Shown here: positions 18,273-28,432 of the stretch, piece by piece
Layout of the letters: every line of letters begins with the position of its first letter
How positions within the stretch are numbered: position 1 is the stretch's first letter
Virus record (IMG/VR): IMGVR_UViG_3300021476_000008
Span: 1-45,932 of that record
From: a virus
Lineage: Duplodnaviria; Caudoviricetes
Length of the DNA: 45,932 nucleotides
Strand: one strand, 5' to 3'
Notes under the pieces: generated by a model
Databases searched by the model: none
Told to the model about the DNA's origin: nothing
The model's input: the letters and a program-made list of their open reading frames with translations, nothing else
Translations under genes and position numbers: made by a program

Positions 18273-21200
18273 TGCCGGATACACTCACGGACGAGCAGGT
18301 TGGCCTTGGCCCGGATCAAGTTTTTAGTGATGCGGACGTAGGGCTCTATGGCCCAGAGGAAGCGCTGCCATTTTCCCTCAGGGCCGCCCAAACCGCCACC
18401 GTCCTGGGCACCGGCATGCTGCGAACCGGCATGCAGTCTCAGGCGCGGATGCGGCAACAGGAGGAGGAAGAATGGCAGAAACGCAGAAGCGCCGCTTATA
18501 TTCCGCAGTTCACCGACTTGGGCATCCCGCTCGGCACCGAGTCGGAGGAGATGCAGAGAGGTTTCCGGGAAGGGGCGGTGGAACCATTGTTCCACCTTCC
18601 CCGCCCAAGCGGCACTGACCCAAGATGGATTGCGGCATTGACCGCTGCGCTTGGACAGGCTCCAACGCCTGAACTTTCAGGCGAACTGGCCGGTGCGGCA
18701 GGCGCAGCCGAGGGTGCGGTGGAAACCTCTTTGGGGACACCAGTCGGGCTGGCGACCGCCGGTATGGGAGTTGGCCCCGGGGGAGCCATTTCGCGTCCGC
18801 TTCTCGGAGCCGCCTGGGGCGGATACATGGCCAGTCAGGTGCCGCAATCAGCTCGCGAAGCCGGGAGACTTTCAGTTGAGGGAACGCCACGAGAACAAAC
18901 CGAAGCCTATTTGAACCTGGGCGGTAACGTGATTCTGCCGGGCTTTATAGGCGCAAATGTAATTCCGCGAACGAAAGGACTAATCGATGCCAGCCGTATC
19001 CAAGAAGCAACAGCAGTTCATGGCGATTTGCGCGCACAACCCGGGCAAGGCCCGGGGCAAGTGCCCACCGAAGTCAGTGGCGCAGGAGTTCAGCCACCGC
19101 CCGAAGAGGTGGCCAAAACGGCACAAGTATCACTGACACCGGTTGACCCCTACAACGCGCTGGAGCGTGAGGCAATTGACCATGCTGAGCGCTTAGGGGG
19201 CAACGCCGATGTGGTTGAGGCCACCACTGATCCGCAAACGCCATTTGCCCGGCGCATTGCCTGGGTTGGCAGTGACGGCCGCATTAAGATTAACCGTGGT
19301 GAATTCCGGGAGTGGCTCTCCTGGGTGCCCGAGGAACGCCGTTCGGCCGCCATTGAATCCCTCATTGGCGAGGAGCACATCCACTCCAAGGTCACCGACG
19401 AGATGGCTAAATCCTACTGGAACAACCTCACCGGCCTGGAGAAATGGCTCGTGCGCCGCCGATATTTGGGCAAGGACATCAGCCCACTGGAGCGAGCCAA
19501 GTTTGATGACACGGCTCTCGGTCACGAAGCAATTCGCGGACGCATCCAGCAGCTCACCCGCGCTACGCCGCGCGAGATTGCGGAGGCTGTGGGCCGCGAG
19601 AAGTGGACGGTCAAAATCATCTATGCCCTGGAGAGGGCAATTGCTTCAGTGCGTAAGGCACTGGGCACCAAGGCGAGCTGGGCGCAGAAGGCAATCCTGG
19701 AACGGGTGCAGCAGAATTTGGAGCTGGCGAAGGGCGTCGTCGCACCGTCCAGCGGGCCATCAGCGTTCAGGAAGCGGTCGGACGAGGAGTTGTCAGATTC
19801 GGTGAAGATGTTCCGCGACCAACTCCCGCAGGAAAAGACCGGCGTTGGCGGTGGGACCAATCGCGCGCATGCGGCTGGGCTGGGGGCCAGAACGGTGGCC
19901 GACCTGGATGCGCTAGCCCAAATGCGCCTGGACTCTCACATGCGTGGAAAGGGTATTAAGGATTTGAATGAAAAGATGGTGGAAATGATGCGCGGTCAAT
20001 ACGCACGTGAAGCCATCGAGACCGCTACCGATACGGGGAGCAATGCCGAGGTTGAGTGGGCCGGGCGCGGCGCGCCACTCGGCCCTCGTCCATTGGATTG
20101 GAGAAACAACCCCGATGTTGCCAACTGGCTGCGGGAGCACGGCCCGGCGATTGGTATTGCCCTGCCGGATGCACTGCGTGAGTCCGAATACATGGGCTAC
20201 CTCACCGAGGAGGAGCGGAAAGGACCGACTGCCGCCTTCGGGAAACGTCGTGGTCCCAAGCCAGGCCCAGGTAAGGAGGGCAAGGCTGGGGAGCAGCCAG
20301 AGTTGTTCGGGGAGCCAATAACTGCCAAAGGGGTGCCGGGAGCGGAGACTGTTCCACGTGGAACGAGAGGGTCAGCCCAAGAACTGGGGGCTGCCCAAGG
20401 CGTCACGACCCAGGATGTTCTGCCAATAATTCAGCAGCACCTGGAGGAACAGGAGCGACCGAGCTTCAAGGGAATGCTGGACTGGTTCCAGCGCAATGCG
20501 GGGCGGCTGGGAATCACGGCGGCACAGGTGCGACCCATCTGGGAGGACACTCTCTGGAGCCACCTGATGAATGCCAAGCCAGAGAGGCTGGAGCAATTGC
20601 GCAAGGAGCTGAAGCTGGAGAGCCGGTTGGGTAAAAGGCCAATCCAGCAAGTTGAGATGCCCACGGCAGAACAGGCCGTTGAAGGCACTGCGCTTACGCG
20701 AGAACGGGAGAGGAAGGGCAGAGTCTCAGCTGAAAAATACCGGTTCACGATCATCTCCGGAATTGCCCGCAAACTGCTCGGTGAATCCACCGAACGCGCC
20801 AAACCACTCAACCGGACATCCATCACCCTGGATGACATTGATTTCTCCAGTGACCGCACCACTGCGGGAGCCTACCGCGAGATTCGCCCGGACGAGACGG
20901 ACAATCTTGACCGACTTTATCAGGTTTTCTCAGACTGCGCCAGGCCATCTAAGGAGGAACCAGAAACCAATACTTGCCGCGTGGGCGCATTCCTGGACCC
21001 CAGAACCGGCCACATCGAGCTATTGGACGTTTATCCTTACGGCGTGAGGGACCGTTTTGGCAAGCAGGTGGAACGCGGTATCCGGGTGTATGAGCCAACT
21101 GGTGGCACCGGCATCAAGAACAAACCGCACATCACCTTGAAGGAGTTGCTGGGGAGAGGATACAGGCCAATTGCCTCCATACTGCTGGACGACCCGGTTA

Positions 21201-24200
21201 AGGACTTTCACCAGCGCTTCGACAGCTTGACTGATTTCAATGATGCCATTGCAGAAGAAGGGGCAAACCGCAGCAAGGTGGCGGATTGGGCTTGGGCGGG
21301 AGAGCCGGAAGAGGGTGCAGCCGACATCTCGGACGTTCTAGCTCAAATGGAGGCATCAGAGCAGGAAGCTGAAATGGAAGAGGAAACGCCGCCGACCATG
21401 CAGGCGGGAACCTTCCAAGGGCCGGGGAAAAAGACGGTGCAGGCATTGCTGGGATATGTCCGGGGAGAGCTGCAGCGCGCGGAAACCGTGCCTCTCACCG
21501 GCGGTGAGGCAAATGCCGTCCGGGAGCACGTCCTTGACTTTGCCGGTCGGGAGCCCACTGCCGAGGATTTCCGCGAGGCCATGGAGGACATAGGGAAGCG
21601 GGTTACTCAAGCCGGGACTCCTTACGCTCCGGTGGGCAAGCGCCGGACCTTCACGCAGTTAATGCAGACCTTGCCGCGCTATGTAATCCGTGGCCGGGAC
21701 CGCCAAGTGATTTCCGCCTTCAAAAAGGCTGCCGACTTCATCCGACGCAAATACGGTGAAACCATTCTGACGCCTGACCAGGCGATGGAACAAGCTTTTG
21801 ACGAATTCTATGAAACCATCACGCAAGCCAAAGACCCCGAAGAGTTTACCCAAAAAGCCCTGGGGCGATTTACCGAGCCAGTTTCTGAAACTCGCGGCCT
21901 CATTACCCCGACGGTCCCTGGCGCGCCTCCAGGAGCCGCCCCGACCGAGCTGAGCATGCTGGCTCGCCGCGCGCCAACGGCAGTGGCTGGAATGGCCCCT
22001 GGCGTGCCCCCAGAGATGACGGAGGCCCGTCCGGCTCCTCCCACACCACCGGAGATGCTCCCGCCTGGCGCACAGGCTGCCGTGGAGCAGCGCGCGGCCG
22101 AGGAATTCCCGGTTGAATCAAAACCGCCCGTTGGCCTAGCCAAACCAGCCGGTGGACCAGCGCTCTACTATCCGCCCCTGGAGATTGACCCCACCAAAGG
22201 CCCTGGAAAGTATTACAAGCCATCCAGTGGCCCCCGGGCTGCCGCCTGGAACAAGATGAAGAGCCGGGCCGAGGAGATGCTCTCCACTACCGCCCTGGAG
22301 CTGGGGGCCAAGTTCAAACGCAAGCAGTTGGAGGATGACCTGGCGGCAACGGTTGACGTGCGGCAAAACGTTGCCAATATCCAGGGCGACCAGGCCGAGC
22401 ACCGCATTCGCAGTTTTGCGAACTTGTCCAAAGAACACCCGAACGGTGACCCGGAGATTTTGAGGGCGGCAGCAGCCGTGATTGCCGTCCGTGGAAGGAA
22501 GCAATTCACTCCGGGACTCATCAAGCTGGCCGAAAACGGCATTGTCAAAGGTGAGAATATTGCGCAGTCCATGGTGCCCTGGAAGCGGCCAATTGGCCGT
22601 GCTCAGGCGGACGCCGCCCGTGAACTCAAGGCAGCCGCCGAGTATGCTCTGGACCACTGGACCGACCCCGCGTTGCAAAACACAGCCAAGGCCATGATGG
22701 ACGAGATGGACGCGCAGTATGCCCGGGAGATTGCCGTGGGTAAGAGGCTGCGCTACCGGCAGAACTACTTCCCCGGCCGATATGATGGCATGTTCTGGAA
22801 TGATACCAATATCAGCTTTCCGGGCGTCGGCCGCCTCTCGGTCCTGGGCCGTAATTGGAGGATGCCCAAAACGTTCGACAATATGTGGGTTGCCATCGCC
22901 GCCGATGGCCCTTACATCCCGGCAGCTCTTGATGGCGCGGCCATTGTGGGCCACCGCGTGCGGCAGGGCATGGGCTACATCAACCGGAAATTGTGGCGGG
23001 AGAATCTGCTGGAGATTAACGACCCGGTCAGTGGTGAAAGAATAGCGCGCCGGCCGCGCAGCACTCCCGAGGGGATGCGAATCCCGGGTCCCAATGCCGC
23101 CAATTACGAACTGCTGACGATGGGGCCGATGGAGACCCTGGCAGTGCGTAAGGGATACTCCTCCCTGATCAATGCGCTCACCCAACCAAGCTGGTTCCAA
23201 AAGTATCAGCTTACCCGGGCTGCGGTTGAAACCGCCATGCGGCTCAAGCACTCGCTGCTGGCCGGTGACATCTTCCACCTGTTCCGTGAGATGTATTACG
23301 GCGTAGCTACGACGGGGACCCAAGTTGGGTTCAGGGCTGGCAGGGCAGCCCTGGAGTATGACGACGCTTCACTGCAGCGCGCAGTTCAGGCTGGAGTGGT
23401 GAGCAAGGCCGACGCCGACTGGAGCCGTCAGCAAGTGAATGTGAGGGTGGGAAATCAGAGCTTCCCAATGACCCGAAGGCAAATCCTGGAGCAGGGCATT
23501 GCGCGAGGTTTTAATGTTGGCCGCATCCAGGACGCCATCTACCGCGACCTGGTGAACACCATGCCGGTGGTCGGGAAAGCGTTGAAAGTCTACAATCGAT
23601 GGCTGTTCGACGATTGGACTCGCGGGCTTATGTCCGAGGCTTACGTCCGGAACTTTGAGGTGCTCAACAAGAAGCACCCGAACGTGGACTGGGGAGTGCT
23701 CGCCCGGGATGTGGCCAGGGACACCAACACGTTCTTCGGCTCTCTGGGCAGGCAGGGGTGGATAAAATCCGAGACGTTTCAAGACCTGTCCCGCCTGGCC
23801 TTCCTGGCTCCGCAGTGGGTGGAGAGCCTCCTGCGCAAAGAGATTGGCGCATACGGCCGACTGGGGGCCTACGCCCTTTCGAAGGCCGGGCTGGAAGTTG
23901 GCCGGACCAAAGCCGGTCTTCCGGCGTTTGGCATGCTTGGCAAAGGCATGGGCAGAGGACTGGCGGCAATGTTCGCCATCACCCAAATTGTCAACCTTAT
24001 CAGCCGTGGGAAGCCCACCTGGCAGAATCCAGAGAAGGGGCATATGTGGGATGCGTGGGTGCAGGTGGGGGACCATGGCGTGTGGATTTCCCCTCTCTCC
24101 ATTTTCAACGAACTGCTGCACGACGTTTTGCGTTACTCGGTTTCCAAGCCCAAGGTCCACGACGCCATTCAGCAGATAGGCCAAAACAAATTGGGGCCTT

Positions 24201-24817
24201 ACAGCCGGGCGATTGTGGTCCTGGCGAGCAGCCGCACTCCTACCGGGCAACTCATCACCACCACCCCGAGGGTTTACGGTGAGGCGGCCAAGCAACTGTT
24301 CCCGGTGCCAATTGGTGCCTCTCAAGTTCTGCGCGCCGCCGTTCACCCGTTGGTTCCCGGTCTGGTTTCAGCCCCACCGCCGGGACAGGTCGCGCGCCAG
24401 GCGTTCTCCACGCTGGGTGTGAAGGCGGAGCCAGCGCAATCGCCGCAGCAAGAGCTTTACAGCATGGCGCAGGATTTCCTGGCCAAGTCAGGAATGAAAA
24501 AGGAAACGGGGTTTCAGGAAGTGCCGACCGTGGAAGCGTCCTTCACGAGGCTGAGACAGGCGATTGGCCAGAACGACATGGCCGGGTTCGAATGGAATTT
24601 GAAGCACCTGATGAAGAACCGGAATGTGGGCGATGTCATCGACGGCATGAAGCGGTGGGTGGACCGGCCCATTACCGGGAACCGCAATGCGGATGACCAG
24701 TTCTTGACGACGCTGACTCCGGAGCAGTTTAAGGTTTACTCCCAGGCCCGGGAGGACAAGTGGAAGACCTACATTGATTTCTACCGCATGCTCTTTAAGA
24801 GCGAAGGGGTTAGGTAG
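18272..24817 (+). CDS. Giant ejection / polyvalent protein (2181 aa)
   Basis: Last late gene, mostly helical, with a metallopeptidase-like segment (GRIKINR...LIGEEHIH...LGHEAI). Confidence 0.7.
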   Translation: MPDTLTDEQVGLGPDQVFSDADVGLYGPEEALPFSLRAAQTATVLGTGMLRTGMQSQARMRQQEEEEWQKRRSAAYIPQFTDLGIPLGTESEEMQRGFREGAVEPLFHLPRPSGTDPRWIAALTAALGQAPTPELSGELAGAAGAAEGAVETSLGTPVGLATAGMGVGPGGAISRPLLGAAWGGYMASQVPQSAREAGRLSVEGTPREQTEAYLNLGGNVILPGFIGANVIPRTKGLIDASRIQEATAVHGDLRAQPGQGPGQVPTEVSGAGVQPPPEEVAKTAQVSLTPVDPYNALEREAIDHAERLGGNADVVEATTDPQTPFARRIAWVGSDGRIKINRGEFREWLSWVPEERRSAAIESLIGEEHIHSKVTDEMAKSYWNNLTGLEKWLVRRRYLGKDISPLERAKFDDTALGHEAIRGRIQQLTRATPREIAEAVGREKWTVKIIYALERAIASVRKALGTKASWAQKAILERVQQNLELAKGVVAPSSGPSAFRKRSDEELSDSVKMFRDQLPQEKTGVGGGTNRAHAAGLGARTVADLDALAQMRLDSHMRGKGIKDLNEKMVEMMRGQYAREAIETATDTGSNAEVEWAGRGAPLGPRPLDWRNNPDVANWLREHGPAIGIALPDALRESEYMGYLTEEERKGPTAAFGKRRGPKPGPGKEGKAGEQPELFGEPITAKGVPGAETVPRGTRGSAQELGAAQGVTTQDVLPIIQQHLEEQERPSFKGMLDWFQRNAGRLGITAAQVRPIWEDTLWSHLMNAKPERLEQLRKELKLESRLGKRPIQQVEMPTAEQAVEGTALTRERERKGRVSAEKYRFTIISGIARKLLGESTERAKPLNRTSITLDDIDFSSDRTTAGAYREIRPDETDNLDRLYQVFSDCARPSKEEPETNTCRVGAFLDPRTGHIELLDVYPYGVRDRFGKQVERGIRVYEPTGGTGIKNKPHITLKELLGRGYRPIASILLDDPVKDFHQRFDSLTDFNDAIAEEGANRSKVADWAWAGEPEEGAADISDVLAQMEASEQEAEMEEETPPTMQAGTFQGPGKKTVQALLGYVRGELQRAETVPLTGGEANAVREHVLDFAGREPTAEDFREAMEDIGKRVTQAGTPYAPVGKRRTFTQLMQTLPRYVIRGRDRQVISAFKKAADFIRRKYGETILTPDQAMEQAFDEFYETITQAKDPEEFTQKALGRFTEPVSETRGLITPTVPGAPPGAAPTELSMLARRAPTAVAGMAPGVPPEMTEARPAPPTPPEMLPPGAQAAVEQRAAEEFPVESKPPVGLAKPAGGPALYYPPLEIDPTKGPGKYYKPSSGPRAAAWNKMKSRAEEMLSTTALELGAKFKRKQLEDDLAATVDVRQNVANIQGDQAEHRIRSFANLSKEHPNGDPEILRAAAAVIAVRGRKQFTPGLIKLAENGIVKGENIAQSMVPWKRPIGRAQADAARELKAAAEYALDHWTDPALQNTAKAMMDEMDAQYAREIAVGKRLRYRQNYFPGRYDGMFWNDTNISFPGVGRLSVLGRNWRMPKTFDNMWVAIAADGPYIPAALDGAAIVGHRVRQGMGYINRKLWRENLLEINDPVSGERIARRPRSTPEGMRIPGPNAANYELLTMGPMETLAVRKGYSSLINALTQPSWFQKYQLTRAAVETAMRLKHSLLAGDIFHLFREMYYGVATTGTQVGFRAGRAALEYDDASLQRAVQAGVVSKADADWSRQQVNVRVGNQSFPMTRRQILEQGIARGFNVGRIQDAIYRDLVNTMPVVGKALKVYNRWLFDDWTRGLMSEAYVRNFEVLNKKHPNVDWGVLARDVARDTNTFFGSLGRQGWIKSETFQDLSRLAFLAPQWVESLLRKEIGAYGRLGAYALSKAGLEVGRTKAGLPAFGMLGKGMGRGLAAMFAITQIVNLISRGKPTWQNPEKGHMWDAWVQVGDHGVWISPLSIFNELLHDVLRYSVSKPKVHDAIQQIGQNKLGPYSRAIVVLASSRTPTGQLITTTPRVYGEAAKQLFPVPIGASQVLRAAVHPLVPGLVSAPPPGQVARQAFSTLGVKAEPAQSPQQELYSMAQDFLAKSGMKKETGFQEVPTVEASFTRLRQAIGQNDMAGFEWNLKHLMKNRNVGDVIDGMKRWVDRPITGNRNADDQFLTTLTPEQFKVYSQAREDKWKTYIDFYRMLFKSEGVR
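18987..19136 (+). CDS. Nested out-of-frame 49-aa basic protein (MPAVSKKQQQFMAICAHNPGK...)
   Basis: +1 frame inside the giant gene with its own GAAAGGAC RBS. Resembles the common phage MPxxSKxQxxFMA..AHNP...SVAxEF family, as I recall it. Confidence 0.7.
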   Translation: MPAVSKKQQQFMAICAHNPGKARGKCPPKSVAQEFSHRPKRWPKRHKYH

Positions 24818-25013
24818 CCTCGGCGCGCAGTATCCGCGCCATCTTTTCCAGCAGCTCCGCCACTCCATCAGGCGGCACTTGGTTAATGGAGGCCGAAGTG
24901 GCGCACAAATTTCCATCCTCGTGCAGGACGATAGTGATGACGCACTTGGCGTTCAGCCGGTCACGGGTGATGCTGCAAAAGTTCTGGAGCTGCTCGGTCG
25001 TTATGTGCCGCAT
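24810..25013 (-). CDS. Hypothetical protein, 67 aa
   Basis: GGAGGT RBS; converges on the giant gene. Confidence 0.6.
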   Translation of the reverse strand: MRHITTEQLQNFCSITRDRLNAKCVITIVLHEDGNLCATSASINQVPPDGVAELLEKMARILRAEAT

Positions 25014-25360
25014 TGGACTACCTCCACCTCGGTTCTCTCTTCCCACCAATGTTTCACCTGTTGCTGACAGACCTGGACTTGCGCCCATTGCGGCGAGTCG
25101 TCAAAAATGACTCCAGACGCAACGAGTGCGTCAACAACGTAGTGGTCCCAAAGGTTCCGCTCGTCAAGGAGATGCGCGCGGTAGCTCGTAATGCGCACAA
25201 TACTGCGGAACGGGTCAGCACTCTTTCTCGGTGCCGCTCCCACGGGTTCATGGCCAGGATTTGGTTTTTGCTCGGTAGCGGGTGATGCACCGTCAGTCTT
25301 AGCGTAGCTGCCGTCGGCCTGACGACGAAACCCTTTGGCGATAAGTTCTTGTTCATTCAC
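25001..25360 (-). CDS. RusA-like Holliday junction resolvase
   Basis: LDERNL...VVDALVASGVIFDDSP and terminal RTEVEV strand. Confidence 0.75.
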   Translation of the reverse strand: MNEQELIAKGFRRQADGSYAKTDGASPATEQKPNPGHEPVGAAPRKSADPFRSIVRITSYRAHLLDERNLWDHYVVDALVASGVIFDDSPQWAQVQVCQQQVKHWWEERTEVEVVQCGT

Positions 25361-25402
25361 GCGAGTTCAATTCGGCCGCACCGTGTATTTGAACCTTCCA
25401 GC

Positions 25403-26185
25403 TCACTGGTTCCTCCAAACCATGCACCTTACCATGGATTCAATCCCCAGGCGGTTGCCACCGGCGGCTACGTAATCGCGGATATCCTTGGCGGGCATGA
25501 CCAGGATGCAGGATGGGATGCTGAGGTGTTCCTGGAGGTTTTGCGCACCGCGCAGCCCGGGGTCGTCATCGTCAGCCACGACAATAGCTTTTTTAATACC
25601 CAGGCGTTTGAACGCGATGCGCAAATGTTGGACGCCGCCGGAGCAGGACGGCCTGCCGATGGCGAAATACCCCAATGTGAGCGCTGCGGCGCAATCGCTC
25701 GGTCCCTCACAGACTACGACTGTTTTATCAGGCTCACACCGGGGTAGGAATATCCCCGCGTGACTGCCCTTCACCGCAAACTTTGAGCCATCCGCTGTCC
25801 GAAGTCTAACGCCAATATAACCGCCCGCCCCATCCCGCATGGGGAAGGCCCAGGCCCGGTGATGGATGCTCCAGCCGCACTCCAATGCGTAGAGGGCGTC
25901 CACTGAAACTGACAGCTCCTGCGCCAGCCGGGGCACGCCGGCGCAAGTGCATTGCGCCATGATGGCCGCCACATCGATGACGGGCTCAGGCTCGGGCTTT
26001 GCCCGGACGTAGCTGACTGTTTGGCCAATTTGGTAAAGCCAGCCATCCTCGCCGGACTTCAAGTGAAACGGCCGGCCGCCCCGGGCGCGCATGCACAGCA
26101 CGGCGTTGTCGCTGTAAAGGCACCAAGTGTCGTGCTCGCAGATGGGGCACTTATTCCACCTGCTTACTCTTTTCCATGAATTCAT
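25403..26185 (-). CDS. Primase-like protein (Zn finger + TOPRIM)
   Basis: CPICEHDTWC, FPMRD, VVCEGPSD, VVADDDDPG, KDIRD. Confidence 0.8.
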   Translation of the reverse strand: MNSWKRVSRWNKCPICEHDTWCLYSDNAVLCMRARGGRPFHLKSGEDGWLYQIGQTVSYVRAKPEPEPVIDVAAIMAQCTCAGVPRLAQELSVSVDALYALECGWSIHHRAWAFPMRDGAGGYIGVRLRTADGSKFAVKGSHAGIFLPRCEPDKTVVVCEGPSDCAAALTLGYFAIGRPSCSGGVQHLRIAFKRLGIKKAIVVADDDDPGLRGAQNLQEHLSIPSCILVMPAKDIRDYVAAGGNRLGIESMVRCMVWRNQ

Positions 26186-26366
26186 TTGGGGTGAAGAGCT
26201 CGGTTTGCAATGAACAAAGCCTCAGGCAGTGGGCTAGCGGCACCAGCCATTCCCGGCGGGAACGGTGTTGGCGAATCCATAAGCCGTCCGTGCGTAACTC
26301 CAGCCTGTAGCGCTGGCCGCTCAGCTCGATCTTGATGCGGCCAAATACGCGGCGTGTGCGTTTCAT
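26151..26366 (-). CDS. Hypothetical basic protein, 71 aa
   Basis: ATGA overlap with the upstream gene; contains QTELF. Confidence 0.55.
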   Translation of the reverse strand: MKRTRRVFGRIKIELSGQRYRLELRTDGLWIRQHRSRREWLVPLAHCLRLCSLQTELFTPNEFMEKSKQVE

Positions 26367-26725
26367 GATAGATGAATGAGATGGAGGACTGTGGTGAGCG
26401 CCCAATACTCGGGGTTGAAAAATCCCGCGAAGACCAGCTCGCCGTATTCCAGTGCGGAAATCACAATAATTAATCCAAGCACAACGCCGCAAACGCCTGA
26501 CGCAAGTCCGGAAATCGCGTAATTGTCGTCCTCCTTGTATTTCTCAATGCTCCACTTGAACCATCGGACGCATGCGTAGAGGCAACCCCAGAGCAAAAAC
26601 CATTCGAATAGGGTTATCGCCGCGCTCCAAGGCGCTTGCCGCACAAGGACGCGCCACAGGTGCTCGCTGGTGGTGCCCATTTTCTCCGCCAGCTGGTGGA
26701 GCAGTTTTGTAGTTTCTTCGTTCAT
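26363..26725 (-). CDS. Membrane protein, 120 aa
   Basis: Two TM helices; GAAAGGACAG RBS. Confidence 0.7.
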   Translation of the reverse strand: MNEETTKLLHQLAEKMGTTSEHLWRVLVRQAPWSAAITLFEWFLLWGCLYACVRWFKWSIEKYKEDDNYAISGLASGVCGVVLGLIIVISALEYGELVFAGFFNPEYWALTTVLHLIHLS

Positions 26726-26734
26726 CTGTCCTTT

Positions 26735-28432
26735 CTAAAACGGAACGTTGTCCGTTGGTTTTGGTGTTTTGGTTTCGCGTTGTTTCCAGTTCATCCTCAG
26801 AGCAATCCGGTCGATGTATTCACTGGCTTGGTCACGGGTGGTCCGGCTCCAGTCCAGTTTCCCCGGTCCAATTATCCAGCTGTATTTCTTGAGTATTTGG
26901 ACCTGCTTAACCGAGGCCAGGTTGCCCCTCCACCGCTCGAAGAGGGTGTTGATGATTTGCCTGGCCTGGGCGTAGGGCATGTCATCCGGGTTGATTCCCT
27001 GGCGAAGGAGTAGGGCGCGCTGCTTCCCGGAGAGGGTGCGGCCCCGGTCCCAGCCCCGGTCCTTGACCGGCGTAATATCCAGGACCGAGAAGGGGTTCAC
27101 GTAGCGCCTGCTGTAATCGGCCTTGGCGGTCAGGTTCGCCCGGCGCGCCTCCTCGGCGGCCCTGGCCTTCAGTAATCCGGCCTGGGCCTGCTCCAGCGCT
27201 TTGGACACCTTCACCGGCCCCTCAGTCTCCATGGATTGGCGCAGCGCCTTTTCCACCACCCGGTCATCCATCTTGCCGCCAAGGATATCCGCGCAGTAGA
27301 TGAGCTTGTGCTTGCCGGAGTTGCCGACGAAATCCACCACCAGGCAGGAAGGTTTGCGGGAATTGAGGATGGCCAGCACGCGGTCAACCGGCGAGCATAT
27401 GCCATCCACTAGGCCCGGCACTGGCCTGGTGGACCGTCCCACCATCTGGCAGTAAAGCGAGCGCGACTTGGTTGGCCGCGCCATGATGATGACCTCAACC
27501 CCGGGGTCGTCGAATCCCTCGGTCAGCACCCCGCAGTTCCAGACCATTTGTATTTCCCCTGCCGCAAAACGGCGCAACGTTTCACGGCGTTCTTCCCTGG
27601 CGGTTTCACCGCAGACCCAGGCCGCCTTGCCCGGCCGGTGACGGTTAAAGATGTTACAATACTGCTCGGCCTGATTCACCGACACAGTGAAGCCTATGGC
27701 CCGCCGCTCGCCGATTATCTCCAGGGAGGAGCTTACGACGCCGTGCAGGTTGCGCTCGTTCTCCATCACCCTGGCCAACTCGCCGCCATTCAGGTCGCCG
27801 GCGGTGGTCCTTACCGTCGAGAAGTCCAGGTCCTTGATGCGCACGAACTGCTGGTCGATATCCACGAGCCAGCCATTGTCGATGGCATCCTTTATTTCGT
27901 AATCGTCAGCGACGGTCTTAAATATTTGTCCGAGCGCCTGTTCGTCCGTCCGGTCCGGAGTAGCCGTGACGCCCAGCACGCGCAGTTTTGGGTTACGGCA
28001 GAAATACTGAATTATAAAGCGGTAGGTTTCGGCGGTGGAGTGGTGGGCCTCGTCGATGATGAGGCCGGTGAAATCCTCGGGCCGGAACTTGTAAAGGCGT
28101 TTGCCCATGCCGGTCACGGTATTGAGCGTCTGGACAGTGGCCACGATTACCGGGGCGCGTTCGAAGAGCCCGTGCTCGGTGGCCCGCAGGTCGGCCATTT
28201 CTATTTCCACGTCCAGGCCGGTGACGCGGTGAATCTTGTCCCTGGCCTGCCAAATCAGTTCCTCCCGGTGCGCCACCACCATGAAACGGCCCGGCTGCAT
28301 CGCTTCGATGACGGAGGCAAACAGAATGGTCTTGCCCAGGCCGGTGGGCCACACGAGTAATGTGCACTGCGACTCCTCCCAGGCCCGAATGACCGCGTCC
28401 CGCCCCTGTTCCTGGTAATCTCTAAGAATCAA
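26735..28432 (-). CDS. SF2 DEAH helicase (ResIII/Irc3/YejH-like)
   Basis: LRDYQ, PTGLGKT, DEAHH, TATPDR, LTEGFD, QMVGRSTR; probable TTG start overlapping the upstream TGA. Confidence 0.9.
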   Translation of the reverse strand: MILRDYQEQGRDAVIRAWEESQCTLLVWPTGLGKTILFASVIEAMQPGRFMVVAHREELIWQARDKIHRVTGLDVEIEMADLRATEHGLFERAPVIVATVQTLNTVTGMGKRLYKFRPEDFTGLIIDEAHHSTAETYRFIIQYFCRNPKLRVLGVTATPDRTDEQALGQIFKTVADDYEIKDAIDNGWLVDIDQQFVRIKDLDFSTVRTTAGDLNGGELARVMENERNLHGVVSSSLEIIGERRAIGFTVSVNQAEQYCNIFNRHRPGKAAWVCGETAREERRETLRRFAAGEIQMVWNCGVLTEGFDDPGVEVIIMARPTKSRSLYCQMVGRSTRPVPGLVDGICSPVDRVLAILNSRKPSCLVVDFVGNSGKHKLIYCADILGGKMDDRVVEKALRQSMETEGPVKVSKALEQAQAGLLKARAAEEARRANLTAKADYSRRYVNPFSVLDITPVKDRGWDRGRTLSGKQRALLLRQGINPDDMPYAQARQIINTLFERWRGNLASVKQVQILKKYSWIIGPGKLDWSRTTRDQASEYIDRIALRMNWKQRETKTPKPTDNVPF

